This document shows positions 47,663 to 57,905 of a stretch of DNA of 64,000 nt, one piece after another. A model generated the notes under the pieces. That model searched no databases. It was not told where the DNA came from and was given only the letters and a program-made list of their open reading frames with translations. A program made the translations under genes and the position numbers. The first letter of the stretch is position 1, and every line of letters starts with the position of its first letter. The stretch comes from Clostridiales bacterium (GTDB taxonomy: Bacteria > Bacillota > Clostridia > TANB77 > CAG-508): assembly GCA_019419955.1 (NCBI GenBank), contig JAHZIB010000004.1, positions 21,089 through 85,088 of the forward strand, written 5' to 3'.

Positions 47663-47780
47663 GTTAGTGTGAAAAACTTAGTTTTTCACACTAACAGAGA
47701 GAAGTGCAGTCTACATTGAAATATAAAATGAAGGGAATGTTAGAGTCTAAATTTGTTCGAAGGAAGGATAAATTGACATG
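47663..47780 (+). repeat. Family A cassette, copy 3 (first hairpin plus the 3' SD module; different centre)
   Basis: GTTAGTGTGAAAAAC tta GTTTTTCACACTAAC matches hairpin 1 of copies 1 and 2. TGTTAGAGTCTAAATTTGTTCGAAGGAAGGATAAATTGACATG matches the 3' module. Confidence 0.55.
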
Positions 47781-47888
47781 TATTTTAAGATACAGGTCAT
47801 TTTTATTGTCCTAATATATGAATTAACAAGAACAAAATTATCTTGGAAAGTGTACATCAGCAAAGCAATAGTGTTTATTTGCAATTGA
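47778..47888 (+). CDS. Possible 36-aa hydrophobic peptide behind the family A 3' module
   Basis: MYFKIQVIFIVLIYELTRTKLSWKVYISKAIVFICN, with a GGAAGGA SD about 9 nt upstream. No other support. Confidence 0.25.
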   Translation: MYFKIQVIFIVLIYELTRTKLSWKVYISKAIVFICN

Positions 47889-47894
47889 AGCTGA

Positions 47895-47914
47895 TTTGTC
47901 GAAATTTGTCGACA
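47895..47914 (+). promoter_or_regulatory. Two tandem Spo0A (0A) boxes
   Basis: TTTGTCGAAA and TTTGTCGACA are directly adjacent. The 0A-box core is TGTCGAA. They lie about 250 bp upstream of the sortase gene. Confidence 0.5.
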
Positions 47915-48167
47915 AAAAAATCTTTACAAATCTTGTATAATATAGTATTATGTTAATATAATAAAAATTGCAATTTTTAATAAATGAATTAATTTTTTTT
48001 TAAAAATTATGAAAGATTTTTTAATCAACAAATTTTATTTTCGAATTTCTATAATTCAAAATGAAAAATTATTTCATAAAAATATCTAAAAGATATTTTT
48101 TGAATTCTTAAAATTTCAATGAAAACAATATAATTAATTTGAAAAAATGATTAGGAGGTGCTAATAT

Positions 48168-48845
48168 GTGCTAAATTATTCGAAAGGAAATAATTATGTC
48201 ATAGCTTTAGTAGTAACTATTTTAATTTGTGTGGTGTTATTTATTTGTTTTGATTATTCAATTTTAAAGGAAACAAGTGTAACTAATAATACAGAAATTT
48301 CTAAATGGATAATTAATAATTATGGAAAAAGAATCCCTCTAGATGTAATGAGTTTAGAAGACACATATTTAAAGCCTATGCAGATAGCAGAAATCTACGA
48401 AGATGTGACAATAGAAGAAAATGCAGATGAAGAAGAAATAATGAAATACTTATCAAATGTAAAAAATAGTAATTGGAGGATAGAAATTCCAAAGATAGGT
48501 CTTGTTGCTCCTATAAAGTCTGGAACAACGCAAGATATTTTAAAAACTGCAGTTGGGCACTTTAATGGAACTACAAAATGGAATGGAAATGTACCTTTAG
48601 CTGGCCATAATAGAGGATACAGTTGCAATTTTTTTGCGAAAATAAAACAACTAAAAAATGGGGATAAGATAATTTATTATTCGGAGAACGGAAAAAAGGA
48701 ATACCAAGTTGTTATGAATAAAATTATAGAGCAAACAGATTGGAAATATATACAAAATACAAATGATAATAGAATTACTCTAATAACATGTATTGAAAAC
48801 ATGCATGATTATAGAAGGTGTGTTCAGGCAATTGAAATATTATAA
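48168..48845 (+). CDS. Sortase (cysteine transpeptidase)
   Basis: There is an N-terminal TM anchor. The catalytic motifs are AGHNRGY (His), ITLITCIEN (TLxTC Cys) and RRCV (Arg). AGGAGGTG lies 7 nt upstream of GTG. Confidence 0.8.
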   Translation: MLNYSKGNNYVIALVVTILICVVLFICFDYSILKETSVTNNTEISKWIINNYGKRIPLDVMSLEDTYLKPMQIAEIYEDVTIEENADEEEIMKYLSNVKNSNWRIEIPKIGLVAPIKSGTTQDILKTAVGHFNGTTKWNGNVPLAGHNRGYSCNFFAKIKQLKNGDKIIYYSENGKKEYQVVMNKIIEQTDWKYIQNTNDNRITLITCIENMHDYRRCVQAIEIL

Positions 48846-48868
48846 AATAAATTATTAGGAGGAATGTA

Positions 48869-50143
48869 ATGAGAAGAAATAAAATAATATCTATGACAAC
48901 TGTTGTTATATTAATAGTTACTATACTAGCAGTATTTCCAAATAAATTAGCTGCAGCATCAACATATTTTATAGATGAGGCAGAACTTTACTCAAAAGGT
49001 GAGCTAGTATGTTTTACATATCAAGATGTATTGGTAGGAGTGGAGTTTGTTGTGTACAAGAAAGATGGTATTGAATATCCTGCATACTGTCTAGACAAAA
49101 CTTTGCCAGGAGTTACAGAAGAAGAAAGTTATACTGTATCAGTTGACAAATTGGTAACGAATAACAAAATTTGGAGAGCAGTTACTAATGGCTATCCGTA
49201 TAAAACACCGAAACAACTAGGAGTAAACAGTGAGATAGAAGCATTTGCAGCAACCAAAATGGCTGTATATGATATGATGTATAATTATGACTGGAATGAT
49301 TTTAAAGGTAGAGACGAAAAAGGGGTAAGAGTCATAAAAGCAGCTAAAAAGATAGCGGAAGTAGCAAGAAATTCTACAGAGACAAAGCCTGTTTCAATTG
49401 TGGATTTTGAAAGTGTAAAAGGCGTGTGGGCTGTAGATAGCAAAGAAAAAGATTATGCAAGCAAGGAATTTTCTATAAATGCTAATGTGGAATGCGCAGA
49501 GTATACAGTTAAACTAAACAAAGTGGATTTAAAAGGAATAAAAGTCGTTGATATAAACAATGTGGAGAGAGATACATTTAAAATTGATGAGAAATTTAAA
49601 ATTCTAATTCCAATATCTGAACTATATAAGAATGGAACAATAGAGATAGAAGCAACAGCTAAAGTAAAGACAAAACCAATTTTGTATGGTAATTCTGGGA
49701 GTAGTTCTAAGCAAAGCTATGCTTTAGCTGGAGGTGATTATGAGTTTGATAGTACAAAAATAAAGGTAAATTATCAAAAAAATAGTACGAAGATAACAAT
49801 TATAAAGAAAGATGCGGATACAAAAGAAGTGTTGGCAGGAGCGAAGTTTAATTTATTAGATGAAAATAAAAACATTGTATATTCAGACCTTGTAACCGAT
49901 GAAAATGGTGAAGTATTTGTGGAAGGAATTAAACCAGGAAGATATTATGTACAAGAAATTAAATCTCCAGATGGTTATACCATATATAAAGACCCAATAT
50001 CAGTAGATGTTGGTTTGAACCAAGAATATTCATTAACAATTAATAATTATGAAGAACCAGAAGACGAAGAAAAAGAAATTGAAGATGATTCTGATGAAGT
50101 AACAGGAGAAAAAATAGAAAATTTACCAAGGACAGGTTTTTAA
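48869..50143 (+). CDS. Surface adhesin: signal peptide, thioester-domain-like region and Cna-B/SpaA-type domain, ending ...NLPRTGF-stop
   Basis: YPAYCLDKTLPG is a TED Cys motif. AATKMAVY stands where TQxA(I/V)W is expected. The Cna-B-like region is ITIIKKDADTKEVLAGAKFNL...GRYYVQEIKSPDGY. The LPRTG motif is followed by one residue only. Confidence 0.7.
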   Translation: MRRNKIISMTTVVILIVTILAVFPNKLAAASTYFIDEAELYSKGELVCFTYQDVLVGVEFVVYKKDGIEYPAYCLDKTLPGVTEEESYTVSVDKLVTNNKIWRAVTNGYPYKTPKQLGVNSEIEAFAATKMAVYDMMYNYDWNDFKGRDEKGVRVIKAAKKIAEVARNSTETKPVSIVDFESVKGVWAVDSKEKDYASKEFSINANVECAEYTVKLNKVDLKGIKVVDINNVERDTFKIDEKFKILIPISELYKNGTIEIEATAKVKTKPILYGNSGSSSKQSYALAGGDYEFDSTKIKVNYQKNSTKITIIKKDADTKEVLAGAKFNLLDENKNIVYSDLVTDENGEVFVEGIKPGRYYVQEIKSPDGYTIYKDPISVDVGLNQEYSLTINNYEEPEDEEKEIEDDSDEVTGEKIENLPRTGF

Positions 50144-50171
50144 ATAAGGAATAGCTTTTAAAATCTATTAG

Positions 50172-50221
50172 ACATCTTCCATAAGGTTTCATAAGAAGCT
50201 TTATGGTGGATGTGTTTTTTT
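50172..50221 (+). terminator. Rho-independent terminator after the adhesin gene
   Basis: A long imperfect stem ACATCTTCCATAAGG ... CTTTATGGTGGATGTG is followed by TTTTTTT. Confidence 0.65.
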
Positions 50222-50325
50222 AGAGGAAATTCTTGACATCACCATATAAATAAATTATGATAATAGTATATATTTTTTGAATAGATGTGCATATTATATA
50301 TAAAGAATATAAAGGAAGGTATAGA

Positions 50326-51645
50326 ATGTTGACTCAAATTTTAGTTTTAATTATTTTGATTCTACTGAATGCGTACTTTGCAGCAACAGAAATTGCATTT
50401 ATTTCTTTGAATGATGCAAAAATTGAAAGAGATGCTAGGGATGGCAATAAAAAAGCTAAGCAAATATTAAAAATGTTAAAGTATCCGAGTAAGTTTTTGG
50501 CAACAATACAAATTGGAATAACTCTTGCAGGTTTTTTATCTAGTGCGTTTGCTTCAGATGCATTTGCTGATAAGTTAGCTCCAATTTTAAACAATTTAAT
50601 TCCAGCTATAAGTTTAGATGTATGGAGAGGTATAGCAATAGTGCTAATAACGATTATACTTTCTTTCTTTACTTTAGTGTTTGGAGAATTGGTACCAAAG
50701 AGGCTTGCTATGAAATATTATGAAAAAATATCTTATGCAACAATTGGAGTAATAAGAGGCATTTCAATTATAACAGCACCATTTGTGAAGTTACTTACAG
50801 CTTCAACTAATATGGTTTCTAAAATTTTTGGCGTAGGAGAGAGCGAAGAAGAAGTTGTAACAGAAGAAGAAATAAAAATGATGATAGCAGAAGGAGAAGA
50901 AAAGGGAACAATAGAAAAAGGAGAGAGGCTGTTACTTAATAATGTATTTGAGTTTAATGATATTATTGTTTCAGAAATAATGACACCAAGGACAGATATG
51001 TTTGCGATTGATATTAATGATAAAATAGAAAATATTTTGGAAGAAATAGACGAGTTTAAATACAGTAGAATACCTGTATATGAAGAAAATGTAGATGATA
51101 TAAAAGGGATTCTATTCGTAAAGGATATTTTGAAACCTTTGAAAGATAATGAAAAAATCGAAATTGATAAAATTATAAGGGAACCATATTTTATTCCAGA
51201 ATCAAAGGATATTGATGAACTGTTTAAGGAAATGCAACAGAATAAAGTTCAAATGGCAATTGTAATTGACGAGTATGGTGGTACAGCAGGTCTAATTACG
51301 ATGGAAGATATTATTGAGGAACTTGTGGGAAATATTTTTGATGAATATGATGATGAGGAAATAGATGTTAAGAAAATAGACGAAAATACTTATATTGTTA
51401 GTGGACTGCTTACATCGTACGAATTGAAGAAAGTATTTGATATTGAAATTCCAGATGGAGATTATGAGACTTTATCAGGTTATCTCTTAGATAGATTGGG
51501 CAGAATTCCAGATGAAAATGAACATCCAATTATTGAAGATGAGAAATTAACTTATAAGGTCGAAGAAATGGAAGATAAAAGAATAAAATATGTTAAGATT
51601 TGCAGAAATATGAATGAGTTAAGCAACCATCAAGAAGATGAATAA
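50326..51645 (+). CDS. CNNM/CorC/HlyC-family transporter (DUF21, CBS pair, CorC_HlyC)
   Basis: The motifs are LNAYFAATEIAFISL, GELVPKRLA, the CBS region IMTPRTDM, and the C-terminal CorC domain. Confidence 0.85.
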   Translation: MLTQILVLIILILLNAYFAATEIAFISLNDAKIERDARDGNKKAKQILKMLKYPSKFLATIQIGITLAGFLSSAFASDAFADKLAPILNNLIPAISLDVWRGIAIVLITIILSFFTLVFGELVPKRLAMKYYEKISYATIGVIRGISIITAPFVKLLTASTNMVSKIFGVGESEEEVVTEEEIKMMIAEGEEKGTIEKGERLLLNNVFEFNDIIVSEIMTPRTDMFAIDINDKIENILEEIDEFKYSRIPVYEENVDDIKGILFVKDILKPLKDNEKIEIDKIIREPYFIPESKDIDELFKEMQQNKVQMAIVIDEYGGTAGLITMEDIIEELVGNIFDEYDDEEIDVKKIDENTYIVSGLLTSYELKKVFDIEIPDGDYETLSGYLLDRLGRIPDENEHPIIEDEKLTYKVEEMEDKRIKYVKICRNMNELSNHQEDE

Positions 51646-51692
51646 TAATTAATATTTTACAAAAGCTTAAATAGGAAAGGGTTGGTATTTAT

Positions 51693-53534
51693 ATGAATAA
51701 AAAGAAAGTAATAATTTTAATTGTAGCTTTAGTAATTATAATTGCGGTAATAATATGTTTAGTGCTATTTTTCAATAAAAGAGCAAAATATGTATATGAT
51801 GTAGTGCAAGTATCAGATGTGAAATACAATGTAATAAATGTTGATAATAGGTCAGGAGTTATAGATGAAAATGGAAATGTTATTATAGAGCCAACATATA
51901 ATGTAATACAAATACCAGACCCATCAAAACCTGTATTTATTTGTATGTCTGACTACAATACTGAAACAAAGGAGTATCAGACTAAAGTTTTAAATGAAAA
52001 AAGGGAACAAATATTAACTGGATATGAGTTAGTACAAGCTATACCAAATGAAACAACTTCAGATGGAATACCTTTTGAAAAAACTGCGTTAAAGTACAAA
52101 AAAGATGGAAAATATGGTTTAATCAATATAAATGGAAAGGAGGTAACTGATCCTATTTTTGATGAAATTTCTTCAATGACATATAAAGAAGGAATGTTTC
52201 TGGTAAAACAAAATGATAAGTTGGGTGTAATAAATCAAAAAGGTGTTTATGTTATAAATCCAGAATATGATAATATAACAGCGGATAATTATTATGATGT
52301 AGAAACAAAATATCAAAAAACTGGATTTATTGTGTGTAAAATAGAGGAGAACGGATATAGATATGGTTATATTAACTATAAAGGAGATGTTGTATTAAAA
52401 CCGGAATATTCAGAGGTTGAAAGAGTAACAGAACTAGAGGATGAAAAAAACGTTTATCTTGTAGCATATAAAGATGGACAAGCTGGATTGCTAAGAAATA
52501 AAAAATTAATTTTAAACTATGAATATGAAGATATATCATATAATGCATATAATAATTTGTTTGTTGTTCAAAGAAATGGAAAGCAGGGAATTGTCGATAC
52601 AAATGGTAAGACAAAGCTGGATACAAAATATACTGATATAACATTTGGTGGTATATATGTTAACTTAAAAGAAGATGGACAGAGCAAAGTAGTGGATTTA
52701 AGCGGAAATGAAATTACAAATGGGTATATTTCAAATATGCCAACAAAAGATGGAAATCATGGTATTGTGTATGGAGAAGACGAAATTTATAAGATAATAG
52801 ATAATAATGGAAACGTGGTTGTTGATAAAAACTATACCTATATAGAAGAATTAGATAATAACTATTTTATAGTTGCAAATTATAATAATAACGGAATCAT
52901 AGATTTAACAGGAAAATCCGTAATTGATTTAAGATATAGTAGTATTTTAAAACTCGATGGTACCGAGATTATACAAGCAAATGATGCATCAACTAATACT
53001 ATTAACTTAATTAATAAAAATATGGAAATAATTGCAAATATGGCCGAAGCAGAAATTGAAGTAGAAGATAATTACATTAAACTATATTCTGAGAATGAAA
53101 TTAAATATTTTGATTTGACGGGAAAAGAACTTACTGCACAAGAGGTTTTTCCAAATCATAAACTATTTGCTAAAAAAATTGATAATAAATGGGGATTTGT
53201 AGATAAAGATGGAAATTTACAAATTCAAAATGAATATGATTTGGTTACAGAATTTAATAAGTATGGTTTTGCTGGAATACTTGTTGATGGAAAGTGGGGA
53301 GTTATAAAAGAGGATAAGTCTATTATATTAGAACCAATATATGAGTTAGATAATATAAGTCCTGAATTTATTGGAGAGTATTACAGAATAGAAGGATGGT
53401 ATGGAAATGACTATTACACAAATGAAGTAGAAAATGAAAGTGATACAAATATGGAAGAAGGAGATAATATTTTATCAGAAAGTAATGATGATAAAGAGGA
53501 ATCTAATAACACAAATATACTTCAAGATAATTAG
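51693..53534 (+). CDS. WG-repeat (KWG) containing membrane-anchored protein
   Basis: There is an N-terminal TM helix. Repeated units include GKYGLININGKEVTDPIFDEI, NKWGFVDKDGNLQIQNEYD and DGKWGVIKEDKSIILEPIYE. Confidence 0.75.
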   Translation: MNKKKVIILIVALVIIIAVIICLVLFFNKRAKYVYDVVQVSDVKYNVINVDNRSGVIDENGNVIIEPTYNVIQIPDPSKPVFICMSDYNTETKEYQTKVLNEKREQILTGYELVQAIPNETTSDGIPFEKTALKYKKDGKYGLININGKEVTDPIFDEISSMTYKEGMFLVKQNDKLGVINQKGVYVINPEYDNITADNYYDVETKYQKTGFIVCKIEENGYRYGYINYKGDVVLKPEYSEVERVTELEDEKNVYLVAYKDGQAGLLRNKKLILNYEYEDISYNAYNNLFVVQRNGKQGIVDTNGKTKLDTKYTDITFGGIYVNLKEDGQSKVVDLSGNEITNGYISNMPTKDGNHGIVYGEDEIYKIIDNNGNVVVDKNYTYIEELDNNYFIVANYNNNGIIDLTGKSVIDLRYSSILKLDGTEIIQANDASTNTINLINKNMEIIANMAEAEIEVEDNYIKLYSENEIKYFDLTGKELTAQEVFPNHKLFAKKIDNKWGFVDKDGNLQIQNEYDLVTEFNKYGFAGILVDGKWGVIKEDKSIILEPIYELDNISPEFIGEYYRIEGWYGNDYYTNEVENESDTNMEEGDNILSESNDDKEESNNTNILQDN

Positions 53535-53566
53535 ATATTACAATAAAAATGATTGAGGAGATAAAA

Positions 53567-54814
53567 ATGTATAAAGAATTCGGAATATCAGAAAAAGTAA
53601 TAAATTTGGCTGAACAAGTAGAACAGGACATAAAATCTATTGTTGAAAATATTAATAAAACATGTGAGTATAATTCGGCAAAGGTTTTGAGTGCTTTTCA
53701 AAAGTATAGAATATCAGATATGCATTTTAGCCAAACTACAGGATATGGATATGGAGATATTGGTAGAGATACCTGTGAGCAAGTTTTTGCAGATGTATTA
53801 AAAGCAGAGGATTGTTTAGTAAGAGGACAATTTATATCTGGAACGCATGCTTTAACAGTAGCATTATTTGCATTTCTAAGACCGGGAGATACACTTCTTA
53901 GTATTACTGGTAAACCATATGACACTTTAGATGAGGTTATTGGAATAGTAGATAATCCAAGTTCTTTAAAATCGTATAATGTTAGCTTTGAACAAATAGA
54001 GCTAGTGGATAATGAGTTTGACTATAATAAAATAGAAGAAAGATTGAGAAGAGGGAATGTAAAACTAATTGAAATTCAACGTTCTAGAGGATATAGTACA
54101 AGAAAGAGTATTGAAATAGAACAGGTGGAACAAGTAATAAAACACATAAGGAAGTTTGACAAAGATGTATTAATTATGATAGATAACTGCTACTGTGAAT
54201 TTGTAGATACAAAAGAACCAACAGAAATTGGAGCTGACATTGTAGTTGGTTCATTGATAAAAAATTTAGGTGGTGGAATTGCACCAAATGGTGCATATAT
54301 TGCAGGCAAGAAAGAATTAGTAAAACTTGCCGCAGAGAGGTTAACAGTACCAGGTGAAGGAAAAGAAGTAGGACCATCACTAGGAATTACAAGAGCAATA
54401 TTACAGGGATTATTCTTTGCACCATCTGTAGTAGCAAGTAGCTTGAAAACAGCAGTTTTTGCAAGTAGGATGTTAGAAAAATTAGGTTATGAGGTAGAAC
54501 CAAAATATAATGCAAAACGAGCAGATATAGTACAAACAATAAAGTTTAATGATGAAAATAGACTTATAAAGTATTGTCAGGGAATACAAATGGGGTCACC
54601 AATAGATTCAAATTCAGTTCCAGAGCCATGGGATATGCCTGGTTATACAGACAAAGTGATAATGGCGGCTGGAAGTTTTACCCAAGGGTCATCGATAGAA
54701 CTTTCATGTGATGCACCAATAAGACCACCATATATTGCATTCATGCAGGGAGGACTTACATATGAGTATGGAAAGTGGGGAGTTATGAAGGCAATAGAGA
54801 ATATGAAGGAATAG
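53567..54814 (+). CDS. YnbB/aluminium-resistance family PLP-dependent enzyme (Cys/Met metabolism fold)
   Basis: The motifs are TGYGYGDIGRD, VRGQFISGTHA and SLIKNLGGGIAPNG. GAGGAG SD lies 6 nt upstream. Confidence 0.7.
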   Translation: MYKEFGISEKVINLAEQVEQDIKSIVENINKTCEYNSAKVLSAFQKYRISDMHFSQTTGYGYGDIGRDTCEQVFADVLKAEDCLVRGQFISGTHALTVALFAFLRPGDTLLSITGKPYDTLDEVIGIVDNPSSLKSYNVSFEQIELVDNEFDYNKIEERLRRGNVKLIEIQRSRGYSTRKSIEIEQVEQVIKHIRKFDKDVLIMIDNCYCEFVDTKEPTEIGADIVVGSLIKNLGGGIAPNGAYIAGKKELVKLAAERLTVPGEGKEVGPSLGITRAILQGLFFAPSVVASSLKTAVFASRMLEKLGYEVEPKYNAKRADIVQTIKFNDENRLIKYCQGIQMGSPIDSNSVPEPWDMPGYTDKVIMAAGSFTQGSSIELSCDAPIRPPYIAFMQGGLTYEYGKWGVMKAIENMKE

Positions 54815-54894
54815 TAAAAAATGGATTTTTAAAATTTTATATATTTTTCTAATTGAAAATGTAATATTAAGGAGTTTAAAAAAGGGGAACATAA

Positions 54895-56223
54895 ATGAAA
54901 GTAATTGTAATAGGCGGAGGACCGGCAGGCATGCTTGCTGCAATTTCTTCCGCACAAAATGAGAATGAAGTTATTATATTAGAAAAAATGGATATGCTTG
55001 GGAAGAAACTTTTAATTACAGGAAAAGGAAGATGTAATATTACAAGTAGTCTACCAATAGAAGATTTTATAAAAAACATACCAGGTAATGGTATGTTTAT
55101 GTTTAGTAGTTTTAGTAATTTTAATAACATTGATATTATAAATCTATTATCAGAAGAAGGTGTTAATGTAAAGGTAGAAAGAGGAAATAGAGTGTTTCCC
55201 GTTTCAAATGATTCTCATGATGTTTTAGATGCTTTGATTAGTAAACTTACAAAACTTGGAGTTAAAGTTATTTTAAATGCTAAGGCAGAAGGAATATTGG
55301 TAAAGGAACAAGAGATTAAAACATGTGTAACTAATAAAGAAAACAAGGCAGATAATAATGATGTGAAAATAGCATATGGTGTAAGAGTTAATATAAATGG
55401 AAGAAGTAATGATATGTTAGCAGATAAAATAATATTAGCAACAGGGGGGAAAAGCTATCCAGGTACAGGTTCTACAGGAGACGGATATAAGATTGCAGAA
55501 GAAGTGGGGCATAATATTACAAAAATTAGACCATCCCTAGTTCCACTAAATGTTGCAAAAAAAAGTTTGAGGTATTGCCGAGAAATGCAAGGTTTAAGCC
55601 TGAAAAACGTAAAAATAAAAATAAGCGATAAATCTAAAAATAAAGAGATATATAATGACTTTGGAGAAATGTTATTCACTCACTTTGGAGTATCTGGACC
55701 AATAATATTAAGTGGTTCAGCTCATCTTCTTAGATATAAAGGAGTGGATGATGTATTACAAAAGAATGAAATTATTTTGAGTATTGATTTGAAACCAGCT
55801 CTTACTGAGGAAAAATTGGATGAAAGAATACTAAGAGACTTTGCAGAAGAAAAAAACAAGGAATTTAAAAATAGTTTAGATAAATTATTACCAAAGAAAA
55901 TGATTGGAATAGTAGTTGAATTATCTGAAATATCTCCGAACAAAAAAGTTAATGAAATTACAAAAGTAGAAAGAAAAAGAATTGTTCATTTGCTAAAGAA
56001 TTTTGAAATTTATATAGATAGTTTTAGAAACATAGAAGAAGCAATTATAACTTCTGGTGGAATTGATATTAAACAAATCAATCCAAAAACAATGGAATCA
56101 AAGTTAATAAAGAATTTATATTTTGCAGGAGAAATAATCGACGTTGATGCTTATACTGGAGGATTTAACTTGCAGATAGCATATTCCACAGGTTATACTG
56201 CAGGGCGTAATAAGGATAAATAA
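54895..56223 (+). CDS. HI0933/BaiN-like NAD(P)/FAD-dependent oxidoreductase
   Basis: The N-terminus is MKVIVIGGGPAGMLAAI. Further motifs are ITGKGRCNIT and the C-terminal FAGEIIDVDAYTGGFNLQ. Confidence 0.8.
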   Translation: MKVIVIGGGPAGMLAAISSAQNENEVIILEKMDMLGKKLLITGKGRCNITSSLPIEDFIKNIPGNGMFMFSSFSNFNNIDIINLLSEEGVNVKVERGNRVFPVSNDSHDVLDALISKLTKLGVKVILNAKAEGILVKEQEIKTCVTNKENKADNNDVKIAYGVRVNINGRSNDMLADKIILATGGKSYPGTGSTGDGYKIAEEVGHNITKIRPSLVPLNVAKKSLRYCREMQGLSLKNVKIKISDKSKNKEIYNDFGEMLFTHFGVSGPIILSGSAHLLRYKGVDDVLQKNEIILSIDLKPALTEEKLDERILRDFAEEKNKEFKNSLDKLLPKKMIGIVVELSEISPNKKVNEITKVERKRIVHLLKNFEIYIDSFRNIEEAIITSGGIDIKQINPKTMESKLIKNLYFAGEIIDVDAYTGGFNLQIAYSTGYTAGRNKDK

Positions 56224-56236
56224 GGAGAAAATTTTG

Positions 56237-56869
56237 ATGGGTGAGAGAATAAGGACTATTGAAGGTAATATTACAGCAGAGATTGAAGTAAAACGTTCAA
56301 AGTTTATAGCTAATTTAATCTATGTAAAAAATGTGGAAGAAGCGGAAAACAGTTTAAGGGAATATAAAAAGAAATACTATGATGCAAGGCATAACTGTTA
56401 TGCCTATATTATTAATGGTGAAACTATAATAAAAAAAGCAAGTGATGATGGAGAACCAAGTGGAACTGCTGGAGTACCAATTATTAATGTTTTAGAAAGG
56501 AAAGAATTAAGTAATGTTATTGCTATAGTTACAAGATATTTTGGGGGTATACTTTTAGGAACTGGAGGACTTGTTCGAGCATATAGCACAGCAGTTGTAA
56601 ATGCAATTGAAAAGGCTAAAATTATAGATTTCGTAAAAGGATATGAAATAGAAGTAAATGTCAATTATCAAAATTTAGAAAATTTTAAATATTATTGTAA
56701 TATAAACTTTTTTAATATTGTAGATATATTATATGAAGAGAATGTAAAGCTTATAATAGAGATTCCAAAAGCGAAGATCGAACAATTTGAAAATGATTGT
56801 GACGATAGAAACCTAAATATTATAAGTTCAAAAATATTACAAGAAAAAAATATTAGAGAAAAAAATTAG
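56237..56869 (+). CDS. yigZ: YigZ/IMPACT-family protein
   Basis: The motifs are IEVKRSKFIA, ARHNCYAY and DDGEPSGTAGVPI. Confidence 0.8.
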   Translation: MGERIRTIEGNITAEIEVKRSKFIANLIYVKNVEEAENSLREYKKKYYDARHNCYAYIINGETIIKKASDDGEPSGTAGVPIINVLERKELSNVIAIVTRYFGGILLGTGGLVRAYSTAVVNAIEKAKIIDFVKGYEIEVNVNYQNLENFKYYCNINFFNIVDILYEENVKLIIEIPKAKIEQFENDCDDRNLNIISSKILQEKNIREKN

Positions 56870-57086
56870 AAAACTTTATAAAATAAAGTTGGAAAAATTT
56901 TACTTTTTTAAAAAAATAACATGGTGGAAAAATACTTATTTTTCTGACAAAAATGAATGCGAGATTTCTAAAAAAAATAAAAAAGCAAAAAAACTTACAA
57001 AAAACTATTGTAAAAAATTGGAAATAGTTATATAATTTGACTGTAAAATTTTTACAATTTTAAATATTGATTAGGGGGATAGAAAA

Positions 57087-57905
57087 TTGAGCGAGAAAAT
57101 CAAAATTTTAGTATCAGATGACAATCAGGACTTTGCAAAAACATTAGTAAGTTTTTTGTCAAAAGATGAAGACCTAGAGATAGTAGGTGTAGCTAGAGAC
57201 GGACTAGAAGCTTATGACAAAATAATTGAAACAAAACCAGATATTGCATTATTAGATATAATAATGCCACATTTAGATGGACTAGGAGTTTTAGAAAAAT
57301 TAAATTCAAGTGATTTAGAAAACAAACCTATGTGCATCATTTTATCAGCTGTTGGGCAAGACAAAATAACACAAAAAGCAATTGAATTAGGGGCACAGTA
57401 TTATATAGTAAAACCATTCGATATAAATGTTTTATTAAAAAGAATAAAGGAAATGAAATATTACCATCCATCACAAAATAATAGAAGTATAATAAGTAGA
57501 GAAATAAAAAAGCAATATATAGATATATCCCCAGAAGAGACAAAGAATGCAGAAAATTTAGAAGCATTAGTAACAAATGTAATTCATGAAGTTGGAGTTC
57601 CAGCACATATAAAAGGTTATCAATATTTAAGAGAAGCAATAATTATGGTAGTAACTAATACAGATATGATAAATCAAATAACAAAGCAGTTATATCCTGA
57701 TATAGCGATGAAATATCACACAACCCCAAGCAGAGTAGAACGCGCCATTCGTCATGCAATAGAAGTAGCATGGGGAAGAGGAAGGCAAGAAGTCGTAGAA
57801 AGAATATTTGGATACACAGTATCAGCAGCAAAAGGCAAGCCAACAAATTCAGAATTTATCGCGATGATAGCTGATAAATTAAGGCTAGAATTAAAGAGTG
57901 CGTAG
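57087..57905 (+). CDS. spo0A: Sporulation master regulator Spo0A
   Basis: The receiver domain contains DDNQDF and [11 protein letters not shown]. The Spo0A-specific C-terminus reads [19 protein letters not shown]...[20 protein letters not shown]...[21 protein letters not shown] start with an AGGGGGA SD. Confidence 0.95.
   Translation: MSEKIKILVSDDNQDFAKTLVSFLSKDEDLEIVGVARDGLEAYDKIIETKPDIALLDIIMPHLDGLGVLEKLNSSDLENKPMCIILSAVGQDKITQKAIELGAQYYIVKPFDINVLLKRIKEMKYYHPSQNNRSIISREIKKQYIDISPEETKNAENLEALVTNVIHEVGVPAHIKGYQYLREAIIMVVTNTDMINQITKQLYPDIAMKYHTTPSRVERAIRHAIEVAWGRGRQEVVERIFGYTVSAAKGKPTNSEFIAMIADKLRLELKSA

Noticed and set aside
47923-47941. TTTACA ... TATAAT just downstream of the Spo0A boxes, considered as a sigma-A promoter.
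   Set aside because: The two hexamers are only 7 nt apart, and no properly spaced -35 is present. I did not call it a promoter.
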